This document shows positions 45,948 to 56,856 of a stretch of 64,000 nucleotides of DNA, one piece after another. Below the pieces are notes generated by a model, which saw nothing but the letters and a program-made list of their open reading frames with translations, was not told the origin of the DNA and did no database searches. The stretch comes from Halopseudomonas aestusnigri (GTDB taxonomy: Bacteria; Pseudomonadota; Alphaproteobacteria; Kiloniellales; Kiloniellaceae): NCBI GenBank assembly GCA_036960845.1, contig JBALWN010000010.1:10799-74798 (forward strand), in the 5' to 3' direction. Positions within the stretch are counted from its first letter, which is position 1. Each line of letters starts with the position of its first letter. A program made the translations under genes and the position numbers.

Positions 45948-46760
45948 TTATTCCATCGACCTAACCAGTTCCGTATTTCGAGTTAAGAAATCATCTCTCA
46001 AATTTACGATCTGTCCTCCATTCACCAATTCACCGAAGACTTGATTGAATTGATTTAGGAGCTCTTCTGATCGATGAGACTGTCGGGGGAAAATAATATA
46101 GCCATAATCAGTGCTAATGGGTTTTCTCAAACCAATGATCTCATCAGATCGTTCACCAAGAACTTCTTTTCTAAATATATCGGCAACAAAAATATCTTCA
46201 ACAAAGAAATCTGCCCGCCCATTTAGTATCATCAGCCAACAACTTTTTATATGAGGCGGACGAATACGTTTAATTTCTCCAGCTGAATGCATTTCTTCGA
46301 GTTCACTTAGGCTACCATAGTGATATGGAATACACTCAGTTAACCCCTTAAGATCAAGCATTTTATTAAAAACAATCTTAGAATCACCCCGTACATAAAC
46401 TTTGCTCTTCCACTCAACAATTGCATCACTATAAAAGAACTCTTTTGTACGTTCTTCTGTCTTCAAATAGGGATAAGTGGCGACATACTTGTTTTGTTTT
46501 GTCAGGACATATCCCCGTTTCCAAGGTAAATAATCAACTGCCAAATCGTAATCCATTTTAGAGAATACCAATTTCACAATTTCAGAGACAACGCCCCCGT
46601 TTAGGATTTGATTTGAAGTAAAGGGTGGGTATTCACCTGTTGCCAACTTTAATTCCTCGGCACTTACTTTAGACAGCATAAACACTGAAGACAGAATAGC
46701 GATAAATCCTGCTATAAATATTTCATAAAAATATCGCACGCGAAGCTTTCTCCTCGTCAC
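45948..46760 (-). CDS. family-3 solute-binding-protein-like periplasmic protein
   Basis: Signal anchor, then LKLATGEYPPFTSNQ...DYLPWKRGY...ATYPYLKTEERTKEFFYSD. Divergent from the kinase gene at 47017. Confidence 0.6.
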   Translation of the reverse strand: MTRRKLRVRYFYEIFIAGFIAILSSVFMLSKVSAEELKLATGEYPPFTSNQILNGGVVSEIVKLVFSKMDYDLAVDYLPWKRGYVLTKQNKYVATYPYLKTEERTKEFFYSDAIVEWKSKVYVRGDSKIVFNKMLDLKGLTECIPYHYGSLSELEEMHSAGEIKRIRPPHIKSCWLMILNGRADFFVEDIFVADIFRKEVLGERSDEIIGLRKPISTDYGYIIFPRQSHRSEELLNQFNQVFGELVNGGQIVNLRDDFLTRNTELVRSME

Positions 46761-47016
46761 ATTTTGAGAAGCCTTATTAGGCCTTAAGCAATTTTATTAT
46801 TATAATATATTTTAAGTTAATTATTCATCTCTCCAATCTGAGTATTCAGCCCCTCGCCCTGACGGCTATCATAGATTGATCATTAACACCTTAACAACTT
46901 TATGGTTGTATTATTGCCATTAACTGGCTTTCCGTAGGGGTGAGACAAGTAAACATGTTTGGCCTCAAATAAGTCGACCAAGAAAAAGACTGCCAAGGAA
47001 AAGAGGGGTAATCTGA

Positions 47017-49275
47017 ATGGATAGATTCACGCGCCAAACAGCATCAAAAAGAATAAGATTACACCACGTTCTTTTCATCGTTTTCTCTTTGATATCCATT
47101 ATACCAGTTTTATTTCTCGCTGTTTGGGCGCAAAAATCTGCAATTGAAAACGAATACTCAGCAATAAAAGATAAACACCTTCTTCTTGCCAATAACGTTT
47201 CTGGTGCTTTATCTCGGTATGCCTCTGATGCAGAACTAATTTTCAGAATTTCAACCGAAAGCTTAATGAACAATCAATCTATCGAACAAATTCCTAATCT
47301 TCTCAAAATTGTACAATTTGGTCATATATGTATTACAGATAAAACGGGCCGAATTTACAACATGGCAACAATTAAACCAGGAATGTTCCCACGTTTTAAG
47401 AATGGCCACTTACCCCCTAAAACTCTGAAAAAGCTTTCTGATACAATAGCCAAAGCAAAAGCAAATCCCAGCCATGTTATTTTTTCGAGAGCATTTCTTA
47501 ATTCCTTTGGAAAACCGACGCTTTACCTCGTTAAGGCAGAGGCTGACGGTTCCATGGCATTTGGAAGTTTAAAGACGGATTTTATTGTTAATATAGGCAA
47601 TAAAATATCATTTGGAAAACTTGGGCATGCAGCAATTGTTGATCAAGCAGGGCAAATACTTGCCCATCCCAATGCCAAGTGGCGTTCAGAAATAAAAGAT
47701 CTTTCCGCAGTCAAACCCGTAAAATTAATGATGGCGAAGCAAACAGGTGTAACCACCTTTTACTCCCCTTCTTTAAAAGCTGATATGATTGCAGGTTATA
47801 CAGTCCTCCCCAAAATTGGTTGGGGCGTTATGGTTCCCCAACCAATATCCGAATTGGAAGATCGCGCTAGCGGTGTTCATCTCGTCGTTTTAATAATATC
47901 AGCGGTAGGTATCGCTGCGGCGGCCCTAATGAGTTGGTGGCTCGCGCGTTACCTATCAATGCCAATGCAAGCCGTGGTCAAAGCAGCTGGGGATGTTTCT
48001 GCTGGTCGTCTCAATGCTAGAATCCCCTCCTTTCATTCCTTTGTACTAAGAGAAGCAGGTGATCTTGTTCACTCTTTTAACTCCATGGTCGATGAATTGG
48101 AAAAAGTTGAATGTCGATTAAGAACTAGCGAAGAACGTTTTCGCGAATTTGCCTCCACAGCATCAGACTGGTTATGGGAGACAGATCCTCATGGACGAAT
48201 AATATGGGAATCAGAAAGCCGAGACTTCGGGTATCGGGGAAAAAGATTTACTGAAATTCAAGGAAAAACCCGCGAACAACTTGCAGGCGATCTCATGTCC
48301 GAGAAAGAGTGGCAACCCTATAGAGACGCATTAGTAAAGCACTTGGAGATCAACGATTTTGAATACAGGTACTTAAGCTCCCAAGGAGAGACTTTTCATG
48401 CTCTTATCAATGGAACTCCTTTGTTTGATGAAGCTGGTAAATACCTTGGACACAGAGGTGCAGCATCAGACATTACCAAAAGAAAAAATATCGAAGCTGC
48501 ATTGGAAAAATCCAAAGAATGCGCAGAGAAAGCAAATAGATCCAAATCAGAGTTTTTAGCAAATATGAGTCACGACTTACGCACTCCTTTAAACGCCATT
48601 ATCGGTTTCAGTGACATTATGCGGCGTAAAACATTTGGGGGCCTTGGGCACCCAAAGTATGATGAATATGCAAGTGATATCCACAACAGCGGCACTCTCC
48701 TTGTTAGCCTGATAAATGATATTCTAGATCTTTCAAAAATCGAAGCCGGTAAATACGAACTCGCAGAAGAAACCTTAAAGTTGGAATCCTTGATAAAAAT
48801 CTCATTTCGACAATTGCAGGTTATGGCAGAAGATACCGATCAGAAATTAGTATTGGAAATTCCGAAAAACTTTCCCTCTCTACTGGGTGACAAGCGAGCC
48901 CTCATTCAAATACTCAACAATCTAATTTCCAATGCTATAAAATATACCCATGGCCCAGGAACAGTCCATGTTAGTACGAAGGTGAATGAAGAGAACTGTA
49001 TTATCCTCTCTGTAAGAGACAACGGCATGGGGATGTCTGAAGATGATTTAGAACATGCTCTAGAAGCCTTTGAGCAGACAAATCGTTTACATCCCCGTCG
49101 GCACGAAGGCACTGGGCTCGGTTTATATCTCTGCATTAGTTTTATGAAATTATTTGGCGGTTCTTTAGAAATAGAAAGTGAAGTTGGCAAAGGCACCACA
49201 GTCACTTTAAAATTCCCCAAAAGCAGAACTCTTAGCTTTGAAGAAGTCGACCAAGAACCAATTAGCTTTATTTAA
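47017..49275 (+). CDS. sensor histidine kinase (Cache-like periplasmic domain, HAMP, PAS, HisKA, HATPase_c)
   Basis: HAMP: MPMQAVVKAAGDVSAGRLNARIP. PAS: EERFREFASTASDWLWETDPHGRI. H-box: FLANMSHDLRTPLNAIIGFSDIM. G-boxes are present. Confidence 0.85.
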   Translation: MDRFTRQTASKRIRLHHVLFIVFSLISIIPVLFLAVWAQKSAIENEYSAIKDKHLLLANNVSGALSRYASDAELIFRISTESLMNNQSIEQIPNLLKIVQFGHICITDKTGRIYNMATIKPGMFPRFKNGHLPPKTLKKLSDTIAKAKANPSHVIFSRAFLNSFGKPTLYLVKAEADGSMAFGSLKTDFIVNIGNKISFGKLGHAAIVDQAGQILAHPNAKWRSEIKDLSAVKPVKLMMAKQTGVTTFYSPSLKADMIAGYTVLPKIGWGVMVPQPISELEDRASGVHLVVLIISAVGIAAAALMSWWLARYLSMPMQAVVKAAGDVSAGRLNARIPSFHSFVLREAGDLVHSFNSMVDELEKVECRLRTSEERFREFASTASDWLWETDPHGRIIWESESRDFGYRGKRFTEIQGKTREQLAGDLMSEKEWQPYRDALVKHLEINDFEYRYLSSQGETFHALINGTPLFDEAGKYLGHRGAASDITKRKNIEAALEKSKECAEKANRSKSEFLANMSHDLRTPLNAIIGFSDIMRRKTFGGLGHPKYDEYASDIHNSGTLLVSLINDILDLSKIEAGKYELAEETLKLESLIKISFRQLQVMAEDTDQKLVLEIPKNFPSLLGDKRALIQILNNLISNAIKYTHGPGTVHVSTKVNEENCIILSVRDNGMGMSEDDLEHALEAFEQTNRLHPRRHEGTGLGLYLCISFMKLFGGSLEIESEVGKGTTVTLKFPKSRTLSFEEVDQEPISFI

Positions 49276-49549
49276 CTATTGCTGTATGGTTGAAAAACGT
49301 TAACGCCCCCCCTCTATGTAGGGATCATAACAATAAGATTTGATCAAAACTTGATCGAAATTGCGCTGTTATATGTTATTCTAACAGCGCCGTTGGTCTT
49401 CCCTAAGACATTATTGGGAATATACAAAATCTTTTCACCACGATAGATATTCTGGTGACAAGGGCCATGCTCTTACAGACGCTGAAAATAACATGCCCCT
49501 GATATCATGCAAAAAATAAATTAAAGAATTCAGAAGCGGAAAGTTTCGA

Positions 49550-51913
49550 ATGCAAAATGATATAAGTGATAAGCTTCTATTTGCCGACGAGCTAGACGAA
49601 ATAGAAAAAATAAATGGCACAAGGACCGCTGGAGATCCTGAATTCTGGCATATCTTGATTGTCGATGATGAGGAAGATATTCATACCCTTACGAGTATGA
49701 TGTTATCAGATATTACATTTGGTGGCCGGAAATTACAATTCCACTCAGCCTTCTCGGGACAAGAGGCTAAGAGGTTTCTAATAAAATACCCCGATACTGC
49801 ACTCATTTTACTTGATATCATGATGGAAAGTGATGACGCTGGCATAGAGCTGATCTCGGTAATAAGAAACGAGTTGAACAACAATAAAATTCAAATTGTT
49901 TTACGAACCGGTCAACCAGGACAAGCACCAGATCGCGATATTATTTATAATTACAACATCAATGGATATTATCTAAAAACAGAGATCACCTCTCAAAAAC
50001 TCTTTTCAATACTCATATCATCTCTTCGTACTTATAGCCTTATTAATAGGCTTGAAAAAAACAGGCATGGGTTAAATAAAATCATGAATGCTTCCGAGCA
50101 TATGATGAAAAGCCCCTCACTAAATCTATTCTGTAGCGGCGTACTCACCCAATTCGCCGCCATCTTAGGGTGCAATCCTGATGGAATAATTTGCAGTGGG
50201 AACCTTAGCCCGGAAATGAAATCCTCTAAACAGATCGATATCCTTTCCGCTACAGGCAGCTACGCACATACAACAGGAAGATCCCTTGAATCGCTGGATG
50301 AAAATGATCTGTCACTTCATGTCCACAAAACTTTAAAAGAGAAACATCACCAATTCCTCCCCACCTCAGCTTATCTTTATGTTCAGTCTGAAACTGAAAA
50401 TGAGATGGTGATATACTTAAACCTGGGCCATCCCTTAAGCGACCACGATAAACAATTAGTCGAAATTTTTTGTTCGCGCATATCGCTGCTCCATGAAAAC
50501 TTACAGCTCTTTACTAACATCAGGCGTACCGCCTACTATGATACTCTCACCGGGCTCCCAAACAGAACATCATTTATCGAGCGACTAGGAACTTTCCTCG
50601 ACTTTACCCCATCGGATAAAGCCAACATCATCAGCCAAACAACCGCTCTTCGAACTGATCTTCCCCTCCTCGACAATGAACAAATACCAAATAAAGGTGT
50701 CGCAATCCTTCTACTTGGTCTTGATAAATTTCGTGATATTAATCATAGCTTTAGTCATAAAATTGGGGATAATGTTCTAAAAGAAATAGCCCATCGACTA
50801 AAAAAAGGAGCCCGTAATTGGGCCGTTAACAATATACAAATATCCAGGGTTGGGGGGGATACTTTTGGTATTCTTAGCCGTATAGACTGTGGTCAGAATA
50901 CCGCAAAATTTCTAGCAGAGCTCGTCTTATCGGTTTTAGAAGATCCCTTTAACATTGATGGTTTAAACTTACGAATTACGGGGAGCATCGGTACTGTCGT
51001 CAGTAAAGAAGACGATAGCTCCAGTAAGGCAGAAGATTTACTTCACCAAGCTGATATTTCGATGGCACAAGCCAAGGAACTCGGCCGGAATTCGATTAAA
51101 GCTTATGACGAAACTTACGGCCAGGACTTAATCCGCCGGACCCAAATACTACAGAATTTAAGAGCGGCCATATCTCGAAAAGAGTTCTCTCTAAATTACC
51201 AGCCGCAATTTGATGCTTTCACCGGACAAATCGTTGGCACAGAGGCCTTACTCAGGTGGCGTAATCAGCAAGGAATTTGGATAACTCCTGAAGAATTTAT
51301 CCCTTTGGCCGAACAAGCGGGACTTATTGCCCCCATTGGTCAATGGGTCCTTGAAGAAGCTATAAATACCCACAGCAAATGGATGAAGAAGGGGGTTTCC
51401 CCCATGAAAATGGCTGTAAACATTTCAGCCGTTCAATTAGCCAATCCTGAATTGCCATCCCATATAGAAACCTGCCTTGAAAACGCGGGCCTCGACCCAA
51501 GGTATCTTGAAGTTGAGGTAACAGAAACGGCTATTATGAGCGAGCCTGCTATTGCTTTGGAATCTCTCTGGCTGATAAAGGAAATGGGAGTAGATATATC
51601 GATCGATGACTTCGGAACAGGGATGACATCCATGTCTCAACTTAAATCTATCCCCGCTCAAAAATTAAAGATTGATAAATCTTTCGTTGCTGGCGCCATG
51701 AGCGACACAAGGGACGCTGCCATTACCAAGTCTATCATCCAGCTTGGTAATGCCTTCAACATGAAAGTCATCGCCGAAGGGGTTGAAACCATAGAACAAG
51801 AAGCATTTCTCCAAAAAGAAGGTTGTCACATTCTCCAGGGTTACTATTACGCGAAACCCATGCCCGAAGAGAAAATGCTCATATTCCTCCAGGAGCACCC
51901 AAGAGATAAGTAA
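49550..51913 (+). CDS. response regulator with REC, linker domain, degenerate GGDEF and intact-looking EAL domains
   Basis: REC (ILIVDDEEDIH...LLDIMM). GGDTF at 50852-50866 in place of GGDEF. EAL at 51242-51250, plus DDFGTG, KIDKSFV and AEGVET. Confidence 0.85.
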   Translation: MQNDISDKLLFADELDEIEKINGTRTAGDPEFWHILIVDDEEDIHTLTSMMLSDITFGGRKLQFHSAFSGQEAKRFLIKYPDTALILLDIMMESDDAGIELISVIRNELNNNKIQIVLRTGQPGQAPDRDIIYNYNINGYYLKTEITSQKLFSILISSLRTYSLINRLEKNRHGLNKIMNASEHMMKSPSLNLFCSGVLTQFAAILGCNPDGIICSGNLSPEMKSSKQIDILSATGSYAHTTGRSLESLDENDLSLHVHKTLKEKHHQFLPTSAYLYVQSETENEMVIYLNLGHPLSDHDKQLVEIFCSRISLLHENLQLFTNIRRTAYYDTLTGLPNRTSFIERLGTFLDFTPSDKANIISQTTALRTDLPLLDNEQIPNKGVAILLLGLDKFRDINHSFSHKIGDNVLKEIAHRLKKGARNWAVNNIQISRVGGDTFGILSRIDCGQNTAKFLAELVLSVLEDPFNIDGLNLRITGSIGTVVSKEDDSSSKAEDLLHQADISMAQAKELGRNSIKAYDETYGQDLIRRTQILQNLRAAISRKEFSLNYQPQFDAFTGQIVGTEALLRWRNQQGIWITPEEFIPLAEQAGLIAPIGQWVLEEAINTHSKWMKKGVSPMKMAVNISAVQLANPELPSHIETCLENAGLDPRYLEVEVTETAIMSEPAIALESLWLIKEMGVDISIDDFGTGMTSMSQLKSIPAQKLKIDKSFVAGAMSDTRDAAITKSIIQLGNAFNMKVIAEGVETIEQEAFLQKEGCHILQGYYYAKPMPEEKMLIFLQEHPRDK

Positions 51914-52053
51914 TTAATGGAAAGCGACTAAATACAGAAGATCATTACTCTCTTCACTCCAGCCTTTTAAATAATATTAGACGCTATTACGAAGGCGCAT
52001 TACGATCCTGAAATTATGTATATTTAATAATTTTCTATTTTTGGGTGATCCAG

Positions 52054-52368
52054 ATGAAGCCGATCCTTTTTGTTCTCAAAATGCCCTTCGAAGATAATGA
52101 TGTCGAGGGGAGCAATAACTCTATTTGGTTTTGTTCTCATTGTGCCTTGATCGAAGGTGCATTGGCCATTAACCCAAGCTGGAACGATCACATTGAAGTC
52201 CGCCGTATCCCATTTGAGCGACCAAGAAATGAAGTTGTTGAAATATTGGGAAAAGATAATCAATGGTTGCCGGTTCTCATCCTTAATAAAGAAAACACCC
52301 TTACGGACCCCTTGGAAATCACAAATTATCTAGCGTCAACTTACGGGGGTGCAGCGCCCCATCCTTAA
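52054..52368 (+). CDS. DUF3088-family protein
   Basis: KPILFVLKMPFED...WFCSHCALIEGAL...RRIPFERPRNEVVEILGKDNQWLPVLIL matches my recollection of DUF3088. Confidence 0.55.
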   Translation: MKPILFVLKMPFEDNDVEGSNNSIWFCSHCALIEGALAINPSWNDHIEVRRIPFERPRNEVVEILGKDNQWLPVLILNKENTLTDPLEITNYLASTYGGAAPHP

Positions 52369-52548
52369 TATATTAAATTCATGGTGTGATAATATTGACG
52401 GCCAATGCCTGCCATGGCATAAAATTGGTGGCTTTACTTAAGCCTCCTCGTCCGCGGAAAGGGCTGCGCCCAAGTTCAAGATAGAATGCACATCAACGAT
52501 TTCCTGACCTGACAGGCGGACACGGGTTTAGCTTTTGAGGGTAATCGT

Positions 52549-53871
52549 ATGACTTCGACACAACAACCACGTCCATCTCGCCGCCATTTATCCAGCACTC
52601 AGCAATCCAGAACCAAATATTCTAGAAATATGTTTCATGGTTCGATTAATTTTGAGCAGCAAAAAAAACGAGCAAAAGATCTTTATAAAGCCATGAATAA
52701 AGGCGAAAATATCGCCCTGCTCCGTTTTTCTCAATATCATCCAAAAGCCCAGGCCATTACTCAGGTCAAAGCTCCGGATTTAAATATCTCTCTCCATCTT
52801 CTAAAACTCAGCGATTGCCAATTGGTGATATCACGAGAAAATGGTTTCGCTTCCTGGCCGCAACTGAAGACACATTGTGATCGTCTTGCCTTACGTAAAA
52901 AACAAATCAGCGAAGGCACAGCTCCTCAGCTTGATGACGATAAGACCCTGCACATCCGCTGTGGCTCTGATATTAAGCACGGTTTGGGTATCGCAGGATT
53001 TGTCGGAGAATTTCATGAATTTTCGGATCCCTTCTGTCAGGGCCCTGTACCAAATTTAGAAGGCGAGGCTTTCTACAAACTACGAGCAGACTTTATATCA
53101 ACCACCTACGGCTTGCCTCTCCAGGAAATTCAGACCCGGCAAAAGCTTGGTTATGAAAAACTCGACAACCTACATAGCTACACAAAAATTGTGTTGTGGT
53201 TTGAACACGACAGTTACGATCAACTCATTTTGGCCTATCTTTTAAACCATATATCGGGTCTTTCATCGTCACCCACTATTGATTTGATCTGCGTAGATGA
53301 TGTCCCAGGAGTGCCTGGTTTTACGGGGCTTGGGCAATTAGCCCCAGAGATGTTGGTTTGGGTGTGGGAAAATTGCCGCGCCCCCCTTACTGAAGAACAA
53401 ATTGTCCTTGGAAAAGTTGTTTGGAAAGCCGTTCAACAAGACACCCCTATGGCCCTTGAAGCTATTACATCCCAAGGAACACCGGAAATCCCACCCATGG
53501 CCGCTGCTTTGGAACGTCATCTGCAGGAACTACCCGCACCCCACAATGGCCTTAGCCTAACCCAACAGTTATCACTCGAAATTATTGCAGATAGTAAATC
53601 TATCAAAGGCGGAAAACTCTTTAATCAACTCATGCGTGAAAGAGAACCTCTCCCATTCCTCGGCGATTTGATGTTCTGGTCGGTTCTTGCTGAACTTGCT
53701 CAGGGCAAAACCCCTCTTATTGCTTACGAAAAGACAGAACAACCAATTCCGTGGCCTGAACGGCAGATTACTCTCACAAATACTGGTAAAAAAATCCTCA
53801 ACGGCGACCTAAACTACCTAGACATAACCCAATCAGAACGATGGGTAGGTGGCATCAAGATTTCTCTATAG
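52549..53871 (+). CDS. DUF1835/DUF3658-type protein
   Basis: LHIRCGSDIKHGLGIAGFVGEFHEFSDPFCQGPVP is DUF1835-like. The C-terminal half resembles DUF3658. Confidence 0.55.
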   Translation: MTSTQQPRPSRRHLSSTQQSRTKYSRNMFHGSINFEQQKKRAKDLYKAMNKGENIALLRFSQYHPKAQAITQVKAPDLNISLHLLKLSDCQLVISRENGFASWPQLKTHCDRLALRKKQISEGTAPQLDDDKTLHIRCGSDIKHGLGIAGFVGEFHEFSDPFCQGPVPNLEGEAFYKLRADFISTTYGLPLQEIQTRQKLGYEKLDNLHSYTKIVLWFEHDSYDQLILAYLLNHISGLSSSPTIDLICVDDVPGVPGFTGLGQLAPEMLVWVWENCRAPLTEEQIVLGKVVWKAVQQDTPMALEAITSQGTPEIPPMAAALERHLQELPAPHNGLSLTQQLSLEIIADSKSIKGGKLFNQLMREREPLPFLGDLMFWSVLAELAQGKTPLIAYEKTEQPIPWPERQITLTNTGKKILNGDLNYLDITQSERWVGGIKISL

Positions 53872-54036
53872 GCTTTTGTTCCTACATAGGTGTTCGTATA
53901 TAACCACGTTAATAATTCTCACAAATCTGTGATTAGATTTGGTTGTATAATCAAGGGAAACTTCTCTTCATTGAAATCAGATACCTTGATTCTACTAATG
54001 AGTTTATTAGGCAATTGATATATTGGGGGAAAGAGT

Positions 54037-54597
54037 ATGGATACACAGAGCGAGAAAGCCATTCCTTTGAGTAAGGTAAAGCTGGTTTTCTTCCAACTTC
54101 TTGCCTTAGCATTGGTTGGACTTGGTGCATCAATTTTTACTCTGTCCCCCGAAGAGCTTATTAATCAACGAGGTCAAGATGAAACGACCTTGATGTATAG
54201 TATGGCAGTCATCTTAATTTTGCTTTGTGGAGGTGCTGGGGTGGTATGTTTTATGAAGCTTTTAGATACTGCACCAGGATTAACTCTCTCAACCACTGGC
54301 TTTACGGATAATTCGAGCAGTATGCCGGCAGAATTTATTCCTTGGGAAGAGGTTACAGAGCTAAAAGAGTTCCGATTTAACCGACAAAAAATAGTCTCTA
54401 TCCATATTAAAAACCCCGAAATTCACCTTAGAAAGGGTAATATTTTACAACGCCTGACCAATCGCGCTGTATCGAAGGCCAGTGGTACCCCTATAAATAT
54501 TTCGGCCAATAGCCTTAAAACCAGTTACAACAGCTTGGTTGCCGATTTTGAACGATACTTTAAACACAGCCAAAACCAAAATCTAAAAAGCAGTTAA
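54037..54597 (+). CDS. two-TM membrane protein with a PH-like C-terminal domain (STM3941-like)
   Basis: TM helices VFFQLLALALVGLGASIF and MAVILILLCGGAGVVCFM, followed by a ~100-aa soluble domain. Confidence 0.45.
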   Translation: MDTQSEKAIPLSKVKLVFFQLLALALVGLGASIFTLSPEELINQRGQDETTLMYSMAVILILLCGGAGVVCFMKLLDTAPGLTLSTTGFTDNSSSMPAEFIPWEEVTELKEFRFNRQKIVSIHIKNPEIHLRKGNILQRLTNRAVSKASGTPINISANSLKTSYNSLVADFERYFKHSQNQNLKSS

Positions 54598-54604
54598 CTT
54601 TAAC

Positions 54605-55159
54605 ATGATACCCGTTGGCTATATGGCGAAATATATCGCCAAAAAACCCAAAATTCTTAATAATAAAATTGTTAAAGATCTCTTTTCGGTAAGTGGGTGT
54701 ATTTCGGAAAATTTCGCCGATTATATACCCTTTTGGAAGCACAATGGTTATTGGTTATTCAACTGTCCAACAATAATAACGAAGCTCGCTAAAGATAATA
54801 ATCTCAATTTATCCCAAACTCGAATTTTTTATTATGAAGCTTACGAACTACAGCATAGATCCGAAAAAAAAATAGTGGGTGGACATTGGGAACCCTTTGC
54901 GTCTGAAAAATCAATACCGACAGATGTGTTTGTCCCCACGCGAAAAAAGCTGGAGGGATTTGATATAGTATCTTTCTCGCAAGAGAATGCGCCAGAATGT
55001 TCCTTTCTGTCTTGTAACCATATGGCTGAAGAGATCGTGGTCAACAGCCATTGCCTTCTTGGATCATTAGACGAGGCCAAAAATTACTTAAACCAAGGGT
55101 TTTTCGACAACTGTGAACCCGGGCCCAATAGGATATTGGCCGTTTATAGTTTGGATTAG
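54605..55159 (+). CDS. hypothetical protein
   Basis: 184-aa ORF starting 8 nt after the previous stop. No recognised domain. Confidence 0.4.
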   Translation: MIPVGYMAKYIAKKPKILNNKIVKDLFSVSGCISENFADYIPFWKHNGYWLFNCPTIITKLAKDNNLNLSQTRIFYYEAYELQHRSEKKIVGGHWEPFASEKSIPTDVFVPTRKKLEGFDIVSFSQENAPECSFLSCNHMAEEIVVNSHCLLGSLDEAKNYLNQGFFDNCEPGPNRILAVYSLD

Positions 55160-55197
55160 TAAACTCTCAGTTAGGTCTCTGCCATTACGTCAGATTA

Positions 55198-56781
55198 CTA
55201 ACGTACCTTCGCTTTTTTTGCGAACACTATCTTACGCTCTTGCCCCTCCATTTTTACAGTGAAACGGTAGGCTTCATTCATGCCTTTTTTACCAGAGTGA
55301 GTGAATACGAGTACACGTTCTCCGTCAGTTCGAATATGGATAATACCAAAATTCTTGCGCTCAAAAGCATAGAAAGCCCCGCGAGGATCTCCAGGATCTA
55401 TTTTCCCGGTAAACATTTTTTGTAGTTCTTCACGGGTAAAGTTTTCTCGGGTGTGTTCTTTAAAAAAGGCTTTTAAATCATCACGCTCATAAGCATAACC
55501 TTTGGTGCCGAAAAAAGCGGCTAATTCAGTGTTCAATATCACACCTGTATCCAAACGCATAACTTTCCCCAAAGCTGCCATCAAAGTTGCTCGAGGGTGA
55601 ATGTGTTCTTTGCTTGGGTTTTCGTCACCAGATGAAATTATTGCCACGATGGGGCTCATATCTTTGAGTGCATGAAAGTCAAAATCGGCTGATCCATGGT
55701 GCGGCGCTTTTATAATCTCGGCCTCGAGCTCATTTGCAGGTATATTCTCTCGCATCAATCTCATAGAAGGCTTGTTCAAATCCCCGGTCAGATTTAAACG
55801 CACATTTCCGACACGAACTTGCAAGGCAATAGAATGGCCATTGATAGTGTGTGAAGCTGAAATCGCCCCCTCTCGTCCTCCATCAAGATGCATATCGGGG
55901 GATTTTTCAGGGGCACGGAAAAACCGCAACATCGGCTTTATTTTATCATCCAGCGGGTCCTTGATCGGCTCGCTAAAGGGGCCTTGCAGACGCACATGAA
56001 CGCCGTCTTCATGAAGAAAATCAAAAAGGTCATTTTCATTATCTCCAAAAGCAATCCGACGAACATCCATATGCCCTAGGGCTTCCCAGTGATCTAAAGT
56101 TTTTGCCCAGCGATCAAATGGCGCGTTGCGTAACTCATCTTCGACATCTCTTGGATCATCCACGAGATCACAGGCGTAGGTTTCCCCTTGTTTTTCTATG
56201 CTACGACCAAACATTTCTCGGGTTGGTCTACTTGATCTATCCTCTTTTTTTGATGATGCCTTCACCAAACCATTGTGATAGATCCGTTTGGGATGGATAA
56301 AGATGCGCTTACGATCAGCCAGCCCCGGTTGCAGTTCGGATCTAACGAGGTCATTCAAACCATCAAAATGATCGGCATCCCCGTGAGAGATAATGATTGC
56401 AGCCACATCCAAGGGGTTATCGGCAGAGGTCTGTCTGTGCCTGAATCGTGCAGCCACATGACGGGCGAAAAGTTTATTATCCCCCCCATCAATCAGAACG
56501 ATCTTACCATTGGGAGATTCCATAATCAGGCCGTCTCCTTGTTGGACATCGACCATGGAAAATTTGAATATCCCCTTATCACCTAACGAAAGGTTCGGAT
56601 CATTTTTGGCCCAACCCTCAGCGGTACCATCATAATGTGTTTTCGCCCTCAACTTGATGTATCGGCCGTGTTGCTCAATAACATCAACTTCGTCACCATA
56701 AGCCAGGGTCAATATCACCTTCGATCTGGAATCAGGTTCACGCCGTAATCTCACAAAATCATCATAGATAAACTTGCTCAT
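55198..56781 (-). CDS. SH3b-like domain + ComEC/Rec2-type metallo-beta-lactamase-fold hydrolase
   Basis: SH3-like VRLRREPDSRSKVILTLAYGDEVDVIEQHGRYIKLRA...GWA. MBL motifs VDVQQGDG, SHGDADH (56368-56388), SASHTINGHS, LTGDL and APHHGS. AAGGAAA SD precedes the ATG at 56781 (ORF opens at 56817). Confidence 0.75.
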   Translation of the reverse strand: MSKFIYDDFVRLRREPDSRSKVILTLAYGDEVDVIEQHGRYIKLRAKTHYDGTAEGWAKNDPNLSLGDKGIFKFSMVDVQQGDGLIMESPNGKIVLIDGGDNKLFARHVAARFRHRQTSADNPLDVAAIIISHGDADHFDGLNDLVRSELQPGLADRKRIFIHPKRIYHNGLVKASSKKEDRSSRPTREMFGRSIEKQGETYACDLVDDPRDVEDELRNAPFDRWAKTLDHWEALGHMDVRRIAFGDNENDLFDFLHEDGVHVRLQGPFSEPIKDPLDDKIKPMLRFFRAPEKSPDMHLDGGREGAISASHTINGHSIALQVRVGNVRLNLTGDLNKPSMRLMRENIPANELEAEIIKAPHHGSADFDFHALKDMSPIVAIISSGDENPSKEHIHPRATLMAALGKVMRLDTGVILNTELAAFFGTKGYAYERDDLKAFFKEHTRENFTREELQKMFTGKIDPGDPRGAFYAFERKNFGIIHIRTDGERVLVFTHSGKKGMNEAYRFTVKMEGQERKIVFAKKAKVR

Positions 56782-56856
56782 ACCAGTTTCCTTAAATTCC
56801 AGTGACCTCATTTCCATTTGAAGTCAGGTTTAATTTATCAAAAGGGGCGTTATTCC

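Noticed and set aside
49363-49390. 9-bp perfect stem (GCGCTGTTA ... TAACAGCGC) between the kinase and response-regulator genes, as a possible terminator.
   Set aside because: It is not followed by a T-tract and lies about 90 nt after the kinase stop. It could be a regulatory or REP-like hairpin, but there is no evidence either way.
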